Made by a program: the position numbers and the translations under genes | Notes under the pieces: model-generated | What the model was told of the DNA's origin: nothing | Databases searched by the model: none | The model's input: only the letters and a program-made list of their open reading frames with translations | NCBI GenBank assembly: GCA_044226015.1 | Contig: JBGAHS010000005.1 | Location: 64,001-128,000 of the forward strand | Source: Candidatus Obscuribacteraceae bacterium | Lineage (GTDB): Bacteria > Cyanobacteriota > Vampirovibrionia > Obscuribacterales > Obscuribacteraceae | Length of the DNA: 64,000 bases | Direction of reading: 5' to 3' | Shown here: positions 29,101 through 37,999 of the stretch, piece after piece | Numbering within the stretch: the first letter of the stretch is position 1 | Layout: each line of letters opens with the position of its first letter

Positions 29101-30108
29101 GTCTTATCTCGGGAAGGTCAATTCGTTAGTGTTAATCACGCTGCGACACAATATTGGGGTTTTGATAAACGTGAGCTGCTCTCAATGAATGTGAAGCAGA
29201 TTATGAACTCTGCAGATTTCGAGCTGCTCAAAAATGCTGTTCTTAATGATACTGCCGGTGGTGATACTCTCGTTGCTTTAGAGTTGAATGTAATGCGTGA
29301 GAACGGCTCTTCAGTACCAGTTTTGTGGTCAGCCACGCGACGATTGGGTCAGGAAAATATTTTTTGTGTTGTGCATGATATAACGAATAAGCGTGCTCTA
29401 GAAGAGCTTAGAAGAGAATTCCTGGCTATGGTGAGCCACGACTTGCGAACTCCGCTTACCTCCATAGTTGTGGTCGCCTCTTTGTTGGAAGCCGGGGCGT
29501 TTGGTCCAATTCCATCCGAATGCGCAGAACCAATAGCAACTGTGAAATTGAATGTACAGTCCTTGCTTGAGCTAATTAGCGATATTCTCGATTTGGAGAA
29601 ATTGTCTGCTGGCAAGATGCAACTCAACTTGAGTAAGGTGGCATGGTCTTCTGTTGTCTTGCAAATGCACAATCTGGCGCTGACACTTCGTTGTCCTTTT
29701 GACGTGGATATAAGCGAAGAACTAGCTGACGAATTAGTAGAGATAGACGAAGAGCGCTTAGTTCATGCATTGATGAGTCTAGCCAAATACCTTGCCTTTC
29801 ACACACCCGACGAGGCAGGGCGATCCATCCAAGTTTCTTTTGAACGACTGAATGACGGAATGAAGGTCGTTATTGGTGATAACAGCTCAACGCAGGCTGA
29901 CGGTTTGCAGACTTTGTTCGACACTGAAAACAGGGCGGCAAAAACTGTTCTTATGAGAGATGAGACTTTCCATCCAGAAATAGCAGTTCCTCTGGCCAAG
30001 AAAATAATTGATTCGCATTCCGGAGAAATCGAGTTTCTGTTTGGTAACTCAGGCAATAGATTAGATATATTTCTTTTCCGAAAGTCAGAAACAGCCGGCA
30101 AATCCTGA
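26182..30108 (+). CDS. Tandem double histidine kinase, 2x (TM-sensor-TM-HAMP-PAS-HisKA-HATPase), with reciprocally degenerate catalytic motifs
   Basis: Module 1 H-box ISSDLKIPL (no His) with intact N/G1/F/G2 boxes; module 2 VSHDLRTPL with degenerate N/G boxes; H-boxes exactly 700 codons apart. Confidence 0.92.
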   Translation: MSLSLFQRGLILVGVPLLLEILLISSLSFLLYQSAEERLQENKYRKFASEVASLIGYVSSAPFELASSIQSRDEKHFRRYESQVLRSRKALDEVGQIIKDIPEVTQSDYDELKKSVDAVFDVTKDIAAKRKDVDSFNTIEKMESFQATLSKTKRSCYLHLERMFDVGDEMTEIAQAKLNRTQEIQLLIVQIGIVANLLVAVALTFFFKRGISQRIGVIAENTNALARGDSLLSELGGTDEIGKFDHAFHKMLEQLAAASKNEKDLFENASDVILVLDADGKFERVSPASNKDWHYSPDELLGKSLDTILPASEKESVLLHLENVRNNLDRPSFESIILTKNSSERVGLWSAYWSSEESKMYCIVHDATEARSIENERKKFLELISSDLKIPLQVISDSFRKIGTIFGADVSPKLTEKLDMTRKNLRRLLALVNDLLLVSQMESGSFELDLQSQDLNELMRSAAADLEALLSNKQIELLVQDCDSCVFADHGRVVQVIVNLLSNAVKFSAKQSQITLTGRISEDDLDSVRIEVRDQGRGVPPSHIDKIFEKFSQVEVADGKRKAGTGLGLPICKQIIELHGGKIGVNSVENQGSTFWFTLPRNQSAFEKTIASSSISETALAEQKAPTDPVAAVPFDRLNSGAEAASNVDHKELASVGHEGTLQTTLRTNSDFASKLSRQSHEQSAQELDSARTQYNHNFLSNFFSGLSMGQKGTLLVAVPLAAEIVLSGFLFQSLLQTQHYRMRELHRRQVALTASKLSKFILYSSGSVVNNVKSFRWDRFLKSIKACRTLEVILNDLVAEDPFERKEFEQFMRLAGNLNEYSLKLVKSNLANSNEGVASLLQEKVRHLKDVAAVCTHLRNIIHEAEKKEFASPERELSQRHIQVMLLYLALFINIAFSVFLSILFSVGVSKRILVMADNARRLANDDRLNPLIGGKDELARLDQAFHHTANLLAEARRKERAVLDNSKDVLCVLSREGQFVSVNHAATQYWGFDKRELLSMNVKQIMNSADFELLKNAVLNDTAGGDTLVALELNVMRENGSSVPVLWSATRRLGQENIFCVVHDITNKRALEELRREFLAMVSHDLRTPLTSIVVVASLLEAGAFGPIPSECAEPIATVKLNVQSLLELISDILDLEKLSAGKMQLNLSKVAWSSVVLQMHNLALTLRCPFDVDISEELADELVEIDEERLVHALMSLAKYLAFHTPDEAGRSIQVSFERLNDGMKVVIGDNSSTQADGLQTLFDTENRAAKTVLMRDETFHPEIAVPLAKKIIDSHSGEIEFLFGNSGNRLDIFLFRKSETAGKS

Positions 30109-30246
30109 CGTAAAAAGTCGGCGTACTGTCCGAAAAACTTTACAAGCAAAGGGTTAATGGGAATTCCACCATTCACGCCGACGCCTGACGAATCTATATT
30201 TAACCCAAACCCCCGCATTTTAACGACTAGGCATGGTAGCCGGGAC

Positions 30247-32619
30247 ATGAATGTGAAAATAAAATCGCTCTTCTGCATAATTCTGGCCTTTCTGGTAGAG
30301 ATTCAATTTTCTGGCATTGCGGCCTACGCTGAGCAAAACATAGCTCAGATGCCAGTGATAGTGTCTCCTCTTCATGGAGGAGTTGAAGTTGTCACCAAGA
30401 ATGGTGCCCATATAATTCGAAAAGTGCGACGAGTTCGATATTACAAACGAAGTGCAGGCACGCGCAGTGTAAGGCGCTATCACGTTGTGCGTCACACTCG
30501 CAGGTCTCATGCACCAGCGACCACTACTCACACTCGAGTCGGGGACAAGATCGTAAACAGACCGACAGCGGCTTCGGCAGCCGCTCACAATGCTCACAAT
30601 TTGACACCACATCCAACTAATGTGGAACTTCCGCGCAATATCGTTGAGCCTTTGATTATTCATGGAATGGACAATCTCAAGGCCGGTAAGCGCTACATTG
30701 AATTGGTTGAGAGAGACGGTAAGCTCTTCATAAAAGAGGACGGTGATATCGACCCCAACGGCATGTTTGTCGAGGTCGAAGAAGAAGACGGTGTTTGGAA
30801 AATCAAAGGCACCGACATTGTTATTGATTACGCTAATACATTCGACCTTGCTAAGGTTCCACCTGGTGTGAAAGCTTACTTGCGTCCATCGACAGATTAC
30901 ATTGCGCCTGATGAGTCTTATGTTCAATATAAGGAAGGCGCGAATGACGTCATACCTATAAAAGAAGATACAATTCCTCCGCTTGTCGATGCTGGTGACT
31001 ATGTAGAAGTGCACCAGGTTGCAGCCGATGGCGATTTTGCGCCAGGAACCTGGGAAACTGTTGAAGTGCCTGTTGGACAGAGCTCTGTTCCTGGTGGAAC
31101 TGAACTTGTTCCAACTACAGTGACTGGCGGTCCAGGCGTGACTGTTCCAGGTGGACCAGGCGTAGTAACTGAAGTTCCTTTGGGTCCAGGTGGACCAGGC
31201 GTTGTTGCTGTACCAGGTGTACCCGTATCGGGTGGACCGCTCATGACGGGCGGACCAGGCATACCAGTAACAGGCGTTCCAATCGGTGGCGGACCTGGCG
31301 GTGTGCCAGTCAGAGCAGGTGGTGTGCCAGTGGCAGGAATTCCAATGGGAGCTCCTCCAGTTACGCCTCCCGCAACTCCGGCAACTGAAGCTGCCCCTGT
31401 GCCTCCGGCAGTGCCCGTAATTCCTCCAGTCGCAGAAGTTCCTCCGGCAGCTGGTATTCCAGCTCCTGGTTTTCCGATGGCTTCTCCTGACGCACCCGGC
31501 ACGGTGACACCATTTGTACCTGTTGGATCTGTTCCACCACCAGCAGCTGGTGGCAGAGGCTTTGGCTTACCTGGCGGCATCCTTCCAGCTCTCCTCGGAG
31601 CTGGTGCATTGGGCGCCATTGTTCCACTCGCATTGATGAACCGTGGTGGCGGGGGCGGTGGCGGCGGTGGATTTTATCCAGTACCCGTTGGTACTCCTGG
31701 ACAGCCTGTGATTACCGGCGGCACTCCGGGAATCACACCAACACCAGTTGTTTCACCTCCGGTTACCCCTCCTGTTACACCTCCCGTTTGCAACAACCCT
31801 CCGCCATGTAACCCTCCGGGTGGCGGCGGTGGTGATTGTGGCGGCGGTCACGGTGGTGGTGGTCATGGTGGCGGTCACGGTGGTGGTGGTCATGGTGGCG
31901 GCGGTCATGGCGGTGGCGACAACTGCGGACCAGGTGGTCATGGTGGCGGAAATGGCGGACATCATGGTGGTGACAACTGTGGACCAGGCGGTCACCATGG
32001 CGGCGGCTACGGCGGTGGATGTAATCCTCCTCCTCCAGTTTGTCCTCCTCCCCCAGTTTGTCCTCCTCCAACAACTTGTCCTCCTCCTGTTTGTCCTCCT
32101 CCAACTAACTGTCCTCCTCCCTACTACGGTGGCGGTGGATATGGCGGTGGCATCGGTTGTGGACCTGGCGGTTACGGTGGTGGATATGGTGGCGGCTATG
32201 GGAATGGCTGCGACAACGGCGGTTATGGTGGCGGATACGGTGGTGGTTATGGCAATGGCGGCTGTCCGACCATGGGCAACGCTAGCAAGTTCGGATGCAG
32301 CCCTCCTGATGGATGCTCCACTTCATTCAAAGAAAAATGGTGGTCTCAGCATGGTCGCTCTTACGATTACAATGGACCATGCGCCGGACAACAATCAGCT
32401 TGCGCCAGCAATATGATGAATAACTGTGGTCCAGGAATGGGCGGCGTTATGGGTGGTGTGATCGGTGGAGCTATGGGTGGTGTCATCGGCGGTGCAATTG
32501 GTTCAGGGTTTGGTGGCGCTTGCGTCCCGGTCACTCCATGTGTACCAGTGACTCCATGTGTACCAGTGACTCCCTGCGTTCCAGTAACCTGTCCTCCAGT
32601 TGCTGATTGCGGGTACTAG
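30247..32619 (+). CDS. Exported or membrane Gly/Pro/Cys-rich low-complexity protein (~790 aa)
   Basis: ATG 30247 gives a signal peptide ending AYA-E; VPGGPG, GGH, CPPP, GGY and CVPVTP blocks with varied third codon positions. Confidence 0.85.
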   Translation: MNVKIKSLFCIILAFLVEIQFSGIAAYAEQNIAQMPVIVSPLHGGVEVVTKNGAHIIRKVRRVRYYKRSAGTRSVRRYHVVRHTRRSHAPATTTHTRVGDKIVNRPTAASAAAHNAHNLTPHPTNVELPRNIVEPLIIHGMDNLKAGKRYIELVERDGKLFIKEDGDIDPNGMFVEVEEEDGVWKIKGTDIVIDYANTFDLAKVPPGVKAYLRPSTDYIAPDESYVQYKEGANDVIPIKEDTIPPLVDAGDYVEVHQVAADGDFAPGTWETVEVPVGQSSVPGGTELVPTTVTGGPGVTVPGGPGVVTEVPLGPGGPGVVAVPGVPVSGGPLMTGGPGIPVTGVPIGGGPGGVPVRAGGVPVAGIPMGAPPVTPPATPATEAAPVPPAVPVIPPVAEVPPAAGIPAPGFPMASPDAPGTVTPFVPVGSVPPPAAGGRGFGLPGGILPALLGAGALGAIVPLALMNRGGGGGGGGGFYPVPVGTPGQPVITGGTPGITPTPVVSPPVTPPVTPPVCNNPPPCNPPGGGGGDCGGGHGGGGHGGGHGGGGHGGGGHGGGDNCGPGGHGGGNGGHHGGDNCGPGGHHGGGYGGGCNPPPPVCPPPPVCPPPTTCPPPVCPPPTNCPPPYYGGGGYGGGIGCGPGGYGGGYGGGYGNGCDNGGYGGGYGGGYGNGGCPTMGNASKFGCSPPDGCSTSFKEKWWSQHGRSYDYNGPCAGQQSACASNMMNNCGPGMGGVMGGVIGGAMGGVIGGAIGSGFGGACVPVTPCVPVTPCVPVTPCVPVTCPPVADCGY
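32521..32592 (+). repeat. Four 18-bp coding repeats, CVPVTP x3 plus CVPVTC
   Basis: TGCGTCCCGGTCACTCCA / TGTGTACCAGTGACTCCA / TGTGTACCAGTGACTCCC / TGCGTTCCAGTAACCTGT. Confidence 0.9.
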
Positions 32620-32653
32620 ACATCAGATTGTTCTTTGAAAGAATAGAAGTGCA

Positions 32654-34087
32654 ATGAATTTTTTAGCTCGTATCGTTTTTGCGGCATTGTTTGCAATCTC
32701 GAGTATCAGTGTCGCATTTGCAGATGAGGATTCTGCTCCAGACCCTAATCGTCCGATTAAAGACAAGTGGGCTGTGATTATCGGAATTGGTAGGTTCGCC
32801 GACCAGACTATTCCGGCACTGAAATTTCCTGCGAAAGATGCTCAAGACCTGCGCGACTTTCTTGTCAAAAAAGGCAATTTTGCACCTGATCACATTCTCT
32901 TGTTGAAAGACGAACAAGCAAGTCGCGAAAAAATCCTAGATGCCTTTGGTGATGGATGGTTGCCCCGTCGTGTAATGGAAGATGACCTAGTGGTCATATT
33001 CATTTCTTCACACGGTAGTTCTGCTGACCGGGCTGGTGAAAATTTCATCATTGCCTACGATTCAAATCCTGCGCACCCCTATTCGACCAGCATACGGCTG
33101 CAAGATCTCGCCAACGAAGTAACGCGGAGAACTGGATGTGACCGACTTGTTCTGCTATTGGATGCTTGTCACAGTGGAGCCGCCATTGCTGATGGCTCTA
33201 AGGGCTTAACTCGCTCACAATCTAATTTTGATGTGAACGCTATTACAGGAAGCGGGCAGCTTGTGATTAGTTCTAGCAAGCCCGATCAAGTGTCATGGGA
33301 GAGCAAGCGATATCCTAACGGTGTGTTTACTCACAATTTGATAGACGCTCTCCAAGTCAATGGATCTGACACCAGAATCGAAACAGCGTACAAAGAATTG
33401 AAGAAAAATGTGGAGACCGAAGTTCGATTTGACCGAGCAGAGGGACAGTCTCCCATGATGATGAGCAAATGGAAGGGAAATGAGCTGGCCCTTTGTGCGC
33501 AGCCTGCAGAGCCGCGAAAGATTCCTTTTGCACAGGACGAACCTGTCGTTGAAAACAAGATAGCAAGCGTCACGCCTTCAAATCCAAAGGTTTCTATATC
33601 CAGCGCTACTGTGTCTTCGAGCAGTTCTTCAACAGGTGGTCCCAGTAAACCTGTGAATAAAGTTCCGCCAATTCAGAGTGGCAACACTAAGATTCCTCCC
33701 TCTAACTCGTCAGGTGCTGGCACGGTTCCCCAGTGGATGAGCTCTAGCTGGCAAAATGATGGCGGAGACCCCAGTTTGGAAAAAGGCTCCAGATTGTTGC
33801 AAGCGAGTGAGCTTGCCGGTCTCCGCTTTCAGCAGCTTGAAAATATGTATAACGAACCGTATGCTCGACACGGAAGAGGTTTTCTATCGCCACGCTTACA
33901 GAGCTATTTTACTTCGCAGAAATGGTACGCAATCGATCCCACCTATCACTGGAAATCGGATGATCCCTACGTGATTTCACATCATGGACGCATTGATGAC
34001 CCGCTGGTTCTCAACGAGAAGCGAACTCCAATTCAATGGGCGAATATGAAGCTCATAAAAAGTGTAATGACGAATGCTCCCCGCTAA
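32654..34087 (+). CDS. Secreted caspase-family (peptidase C14) protein with C-terminal YARHG domain
   Basis: Signal peptide AFA-D; KWAVIIGI, dyad SSHG and LDACHSG, GVFT..L; NEPYARHGRGF...YF..QKWY. Confidence 0.9.
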   Translation: MNFLARIVFAALFAISSISVAFADEDSAPDPNRPIKDKWAVIIGIGRFADQTIPALKFPAKDAQDLRDFLVKKGNFAPDHILLLKDEQASREKILDAFGDGWLPRRVMEDDLVVIFISSHGSSADRAGENFIIAYDSNPAHPYSTSIRLQDLANEVTRRTGCDRLVLLLDACHSGAAIADGSKGLTRSQSNFDVNAITGSGQLVISSSKPDQVSWESKRYPNGVFTHNLIDALQVNGSDTRIETAYKELKKNVETEVRFDRAEGQSPMMMSKWKGNELALCAQPAEPRKIPFAQDEPVVENKIASVTPSNPKVSISSATVSSSSSSTGGPSKPVNKVPPIQSGNTKIPPSNSSGAGTVPQWMSSSWQNDGGDPSLEKGSRLLQASELAGLRFQQLENMYNEPYARHGRGFLSPRLQSYFTSQKWYAIDPTYHWKSDDPYVISHHGRIDDPLVLNEKRTPIQWANMKLIKSVMTNAPR

Positions 34088-34093
34088 AGAACT

Positions 34094-35287
34094 CTAGTTC
34101 TTAAGAGCCATGATAGGTATCACTTCTTCTTGAATCGGGGATGCTGCCACCACAACCTTTCCTTCTCCAACAAAGACGTCAATTTCGCTTCGGATGCCAA
34201 ACTCCTTCAAGTAAACACCTGGTTCGATAGAGAAGCAGGTGTTGGGAAGTACTCGACGTTCTTCCTTCGTTTCCAGATTGTCCATGTTTGCGCCATTTGC
34301 GTGGACTTCCAATCCGATAGAGTGTCCGGTTCTATGGATGAAATAATCGCCAAATCCCTTACTTGCGATAAAGTTTCTCGCGGCGTCGTCTACTTCCCAG
34401 CCAAATAGTGTTTGACCATTTGTGATGCGTTCTTTTACTAGATTTAGCGCGGCATCTCTGCCACCACTGACGACATCAAAAATTTCTTTGTATTTTTCTG
34501 GAACTGTGTCACCTACGAAACCTGTCCATGTGATATCAGCATAAGTGGCATTTTGTGGTTCTTTCAGCTTTGCCCAGAGATCAATCAATACGAAGTCTCC
34601 GTTCTTGATTTCAGCGTGTTCTTTCTCGTCTGGAGTATAGTGTGGCATTCCACTGTTGGAGTTAACTGCAACTATTGGTCTTGCGTTGCTAATCATTCCC
34701 AACTCGTCAAAACGTTTCCAGATGAATTCCTGCACTTGAAACTCTGTAAGTTTCTCGCCTTTATTCAACGCGCCTTTAATCATGTTGAACGCTTCAAAAA
34801 CAATATTTTTCAGATTGATGCAAGCCTTGATGTGGCTGTCGAGTTGTCCTTCTGACCAGACTGCCTCAAATCGCGAAACCAGGTCAGCCGCGCTTACTAC
34901 TTCTTTTCCAAAAGAGCGAATAAGCTCAAGTGTTCCTGCGTCGACCCGCGAAACATAAGGAACAGCGTTTCGAGGTGAATATTGCATTGCAATCTTCTTG
35001 CAATTTCCGATTACTTTTGGCAGCTGCTCTTCTAGTTGCTTCCAGCCAAGGTAAACGTGCTTCTCTCCTGGCAGTGTGTCCAGCGCGTCTTCTTCAATTC
35101 GATGCACTAATTTGCGTGGCTCACCTTCTTTTGGAATTAGATAGAACCATCTTCGAGTGAAGTGTCCACCAGTTAAGTTCAGGATTCTGAGCGCCAAGTC
35201 ATCATTATCGTGGAAAAAGTAAAACAACCATCCGTCGATATTTTCTGCCGCGATAGCTCTTTGAATTGCCGCTATATCAGGTTTCAT
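34094..35287 (-). CDS. M24 family Xaa-Pro aminopeptidase/dipeptidase
   Basis: PHY, LIDLWA, YADIT, HRTGHSIG, FSIEPGVY...GIRSE. Confidence 0.92.
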   Translation of the reverse strand: MKPDIAAIQRAIAAENIDGWLFYFFHDNDDLALRILNLTGGHFTRRWFYLIPKEGEPRKLVHRIEEDALDTLPGEKHVYLGWKQLEEQLPKVIGNCKKIAMQYSPRNAVPYVSRVDAGTLELIRSFGKEVVSAADLVSRFEAVWSEGQLDSHIKACINLKNIVFEAFNMIKGALNKGEKLTEFQVQEFIWKRFDELGMISNARPIVAVNSNSGMPHYTPDEKEHAEIKNGDFVLIDLWAKLKEPQNATYADITWTGFVGDTVPEKYKEIFDVVSGGRDAALNLVKERITNGQTLFGWEVDDAARNFIASKGFGDYFIHRTGHSIGLEVHANGANMDNLETKEERRVLPNTCFSIEPGVYLKEFGIRSEIDVFVGEGKVVVAASPIQEEVIPIMALKN

Positions 35288-35432
35288 CTCACAAACTCCA
35301 AAAGGTTTCAGAATTCTACCGCACTCGTGCCTCTTGTTTGCTGAAGCGGATCTAGAGAAATAATGAAGCTGTTAAATGCCTAAGTTTGCCGAAGGGTTTA
35401 TAATACAAGTCTCTTCTGAAACGGGGGCTGGA

Positions 35433-36386
35433 ATGCGCTTTCTGACTGGTTTTATTGCGTTGATCATCTTCTTAGCATCGAGCGCGCCTGCTGCTGTCTC
35501 TCGACAACTCGTAATATACAAGTCTCATGACTACATTTCGCGAAACTATCAGGTGCAAAACTTCACAGACACTCTTGCTCTTCAACCTGGACAGGAGACG
35601 CTTCCACTTGTTATGACAATCTATAATGGGTCGCCTGAAGTTCCTTCATTCAAATGGTTTCGCATAATGGTTAATGGCGAAATTCTTGCCACTGAAAAAG
35701 ACATGCTGGGTCGGGAAGCTGCCAGCAAAGATGTTAGCGGATTAATTCGAGGTTCAAACCTTCAGGTGCAGATCGAGGCTGGTGGCGTCCCTGGTGCGAA
35801 TTTGTGGTGGACTCTGGAAACATCGCAAATGGAACTCAGTTACGTTGAACCTAACAGTGTAATGCAGGGTGAAACCGTCAAGCTATTAGGTAGCAACTTT
35901 CCGAGTGATCCAGCCGGGCTCACCGTGACACTCAACGGCAAGGCAGCTACCGTTCTTTCCGCAAGTCCAAATACCCTGCTAGTGCAGGTTCCAAAAAGTG
36001 CCGAACTTGGCGTTAATCATGTAGAGGTTCGTTCTAACGGAGTGACCACCAGTCCTGTTTCGCTGAGCATTATGTCTCGACCATTGCCAGAGATTATGGG
36101 AGTTGACTGCTGGATGGCACCACCGGGAGGAACGATCAATATATCGGGAAGAAATTTTTCGCCAGACGCCGGTGCCAACAAGGTATTCTTCGGATCTGTG
36201 CCCGGTCAAGTTAGCTCCTCTACCGGTACTTCAATGGCAGTAATTGTGCCGAATTGGTCATACGGACCCAGCCAGCTTAATATTCCAATTTCGGTTGAGG
36301 TGAACGGTGTTCGTTCTGCAAACACGTTTCCCTTCGACATTGGTCCTATGTATCATGGCGCCGTACCTCAGTTCGGTCACGACTAA
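35433..36386 (+). CDS. Secreted IPT/TIG-domain protein
   Basis: ATG 35433 gives a signal peptide; two IPT/TIG-like repeats (G.TV.L.GSNF...VTLNG; GGTINISGRNF...VFFG). Confidence 0.82.
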   Translation: MRFLTGFIALIIFLASSAPAAVSRQLVIYKSHDYISRNYQVQNFTDTLALQPGQETLPLVMTIYNGSPEVPSFKWFRIMVNGEILATEKDMLGREAASKDVSGLIRGSNLQVQIEAGGVPGANLWWTLETSQMELSYVEPNSVMQGETVKLLGSNFPSDPAGLTVTLNGKAATVLSASPNTLLVQVPKSAELGVNHVEVRSNGVTTSPVSLSIMSRPLPEIMGVDCWMAPPGGTINISGRNFSPDAGANKVFFGSVPGQVSSSTGTSMAVIVPNWSYGPSQLNIPISVEVNGVRSANTFPFDIGPMYHGAVPQFGHD

Positions 36387-36388
36387 AA

Positions 36389-37090
36389 ATGCAAACGCGC
36401 TGCCCATTCATTGAATGTTCAAAAATAATTGACATCGACGACGAGCACGAATTTCTAACTATCAATTGCCTTGACTGTAAGCGCGACTTCACAGCGCGCA
36501 GCCTGGCTCGACATTTGGAAATAGATAAGCAGGTCGCTAAACACAGAACTGCAAGCACTCATGCCGATGCCTTTTTTGGTGCGTCGCACGATGATCTGCC
36601 AGAGTTGCTTTCAGTTTTGGAAGAGATTCGAAGTCTCTGGAATGTCGGGTCTATTTTTAGAAGCTCTGACGGGGCAGGCTTTTCGCACCTCTTTCTGGTT
36701 GGCATCACCGGCTGCCCCCCACGAAAGGAGATTGCAAAAACAAGCCTGGGTGCTGAAGATCATGTCATCTGGAATTACACTGGTAACTCTGTTGAAGTTA
36801 TTCGCCAGCTAAAAAAGATGAACTATCAAATTGTTGGTTTAGAGAAGACCAACGATAGCAAGCCGTTGAGCGAAGTCATTAGCGCTGGAAGTTTGCGGAA
36901 ACCCCTCTGTCTTGTTGTAGGAAGCGAAACGAAAGGAATCTACCGCGAGACCCTCGACTTATGCGATATAGTCGCTGACCTGCCGATGCGCGGATTTAAA
37001 GAATCTCTAAATGTGGCTGTTGCTTTCGGAATAGCGTCTTATGCCATAGCCGAGCATTTCGATGGAGTTATTAGCGCTGATGGCAAGTAG
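36389..37090 (+). CDS. SpoU/TrmH-family RNA methyltransferase with N-terminal Cys4 extension
   Basis: IRSLWNVGSIFRSSD, VVGSETKG, LPMRGFKESLNVAVA; N-terminal CPFIEC...CLDC. Confidence 0.9.
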   Translation: MQTRCPFIECSKIIDIDDEHEFLTINCLDCKRDFTARSLARHLEIDKQVAKHRTASTHADAFFGASHDDLPELLSVLEEIRSLWNVGSIFRSSDGAGFSHLFLVGITGCPPRKEIAKTSLGAEDHVIWNYTGNSVEVIRQLKKMNYQIVGLEKTNDSKPLSEVISAGSLRKPLCLVVGSETKGIYRETLDLCDIVADLPMRGFKESLNVAVAFGIASYAIAEHFDGVISADGK

Positions 37091-37141
37091 TTGCGAATCG
37101 TGCGATAATCCACCTCATTAGTCTTTTGACAGGAAGCAATC

Positions 37142-37882
37142 ATGCAAAGAAATAAAAGAACGGAATACTCAATAGTCGCTTTTTCCCTTGCTTTAGCCTC
37201 AAGTTTTGCTTTGGCACCATCATTTGCTGCTGATTCGGACTGCCAAAATCTTATCGCTGACGCAGCGGCTTCTTCGAGTGCTGCTCCGAGTGCTGCTCCG
37301 AGTGCTGGTACTGCATCTGGTGGCGACTCAAGTACAGCTGTTGTGGCGACTCTCAAGTCAGAGCAACAACAACTGCGCCGTATGGGTGAGGCAATTAAGC
37401 GCACTCGCCGCGCCGCAAGTGACATTCTCCAGGAATGTACTCAACCTGTGGAGATGATGGGTGAAATAGATATTATCGGTCAAGACGTAATTCCAATCAT
37501 GCCTGCTACTTCTGAAGGTTTCGGCAACAACTACATGCCGCCAAGACCGAAGTACATCAATCTGCATATGGCTCAACTAGATGCCCTAATTCCAATTCTG
37601 AAAGACGACATGAATACACTCGCGATTCCAGATGTGGAAAAAGACTTCGCGAAGCAACCTATGGAAGATCTTTACGGCAACTATTCGGATTTTCAAAAGC
37701 TCTACGCAACGCTTATCACTCTGACGAAAGATAAAGTTGATTACAATGTGCAAGAGCTGATGAGCACTGCCCACGGTATCGACTCAACTTGCAAGGGTAT
37801 GGACGCAGCAAGAAAGAAGCTGCTTCATGAAGAGTCCAAAGCCGAGAAGCAAGAACAAAAACTCGAGAAAGAAAAGAAGTAA
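37142..37882 (+). CDS. Secreted hypothetical helical protein
   Basis: AGGA SD; signal peptide ending SFA-A; short SAAP repeats. Confidence 0.78.
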   Translation: MQRNKRTEYSIVAFSLALASSFALAPSFAADSDCQNLIADAAASSSAAPSAAPSAGTASGGDSSTAVVATLKSEQQQLRRMGEAIKRTRRAASDILQECTQPVEMMGEIDIIGQDVIPIMPATSEGFGNNYMPPRPKYINLHMAQLDALIPILKDDMNTLAIPDVEKDFAKQPMEDLYGNYSDFQKLYATLITLTKDKVDYNVQELMSTAHGIDSTCKGMDAARKKLLHEESKAEKQEQKLEKEKK

Positions 37883-37941
37883 ACCGCTGCCGCAAATGCT
37901 GCCGGTTTACATTCGATGAGAATAATGCGGTGCCGTTCCGC

Positions 37942-37979
37942 AAAAAAAGAAAGGGAAGACAATGAAGTCTTCCCTTTTT
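37942..37979. terminator. Bidirectional intrinsic terminator between convergent genes
   Basis: AAAGGGAAGAC/GTCTTCCCTTT stem flanked by A and T tracts. Confidence 0.85.
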
Positions 37980-37999
37980 ACTGATTCGAGAACCAGAGC

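Noticed and set aside
30220..32416. Long alternative-frame and antisense ORFs over the Gly/Pro-rich gene
   Set aside because: Expected shadows of low-complexity codons.
32521..32592. CVPVTP repeats as RiPP core peptides
   Set aside because: They lie at the end of a ~790-aa exported protein with no leader or recognition sites, and no modifying enzymes are nearby.
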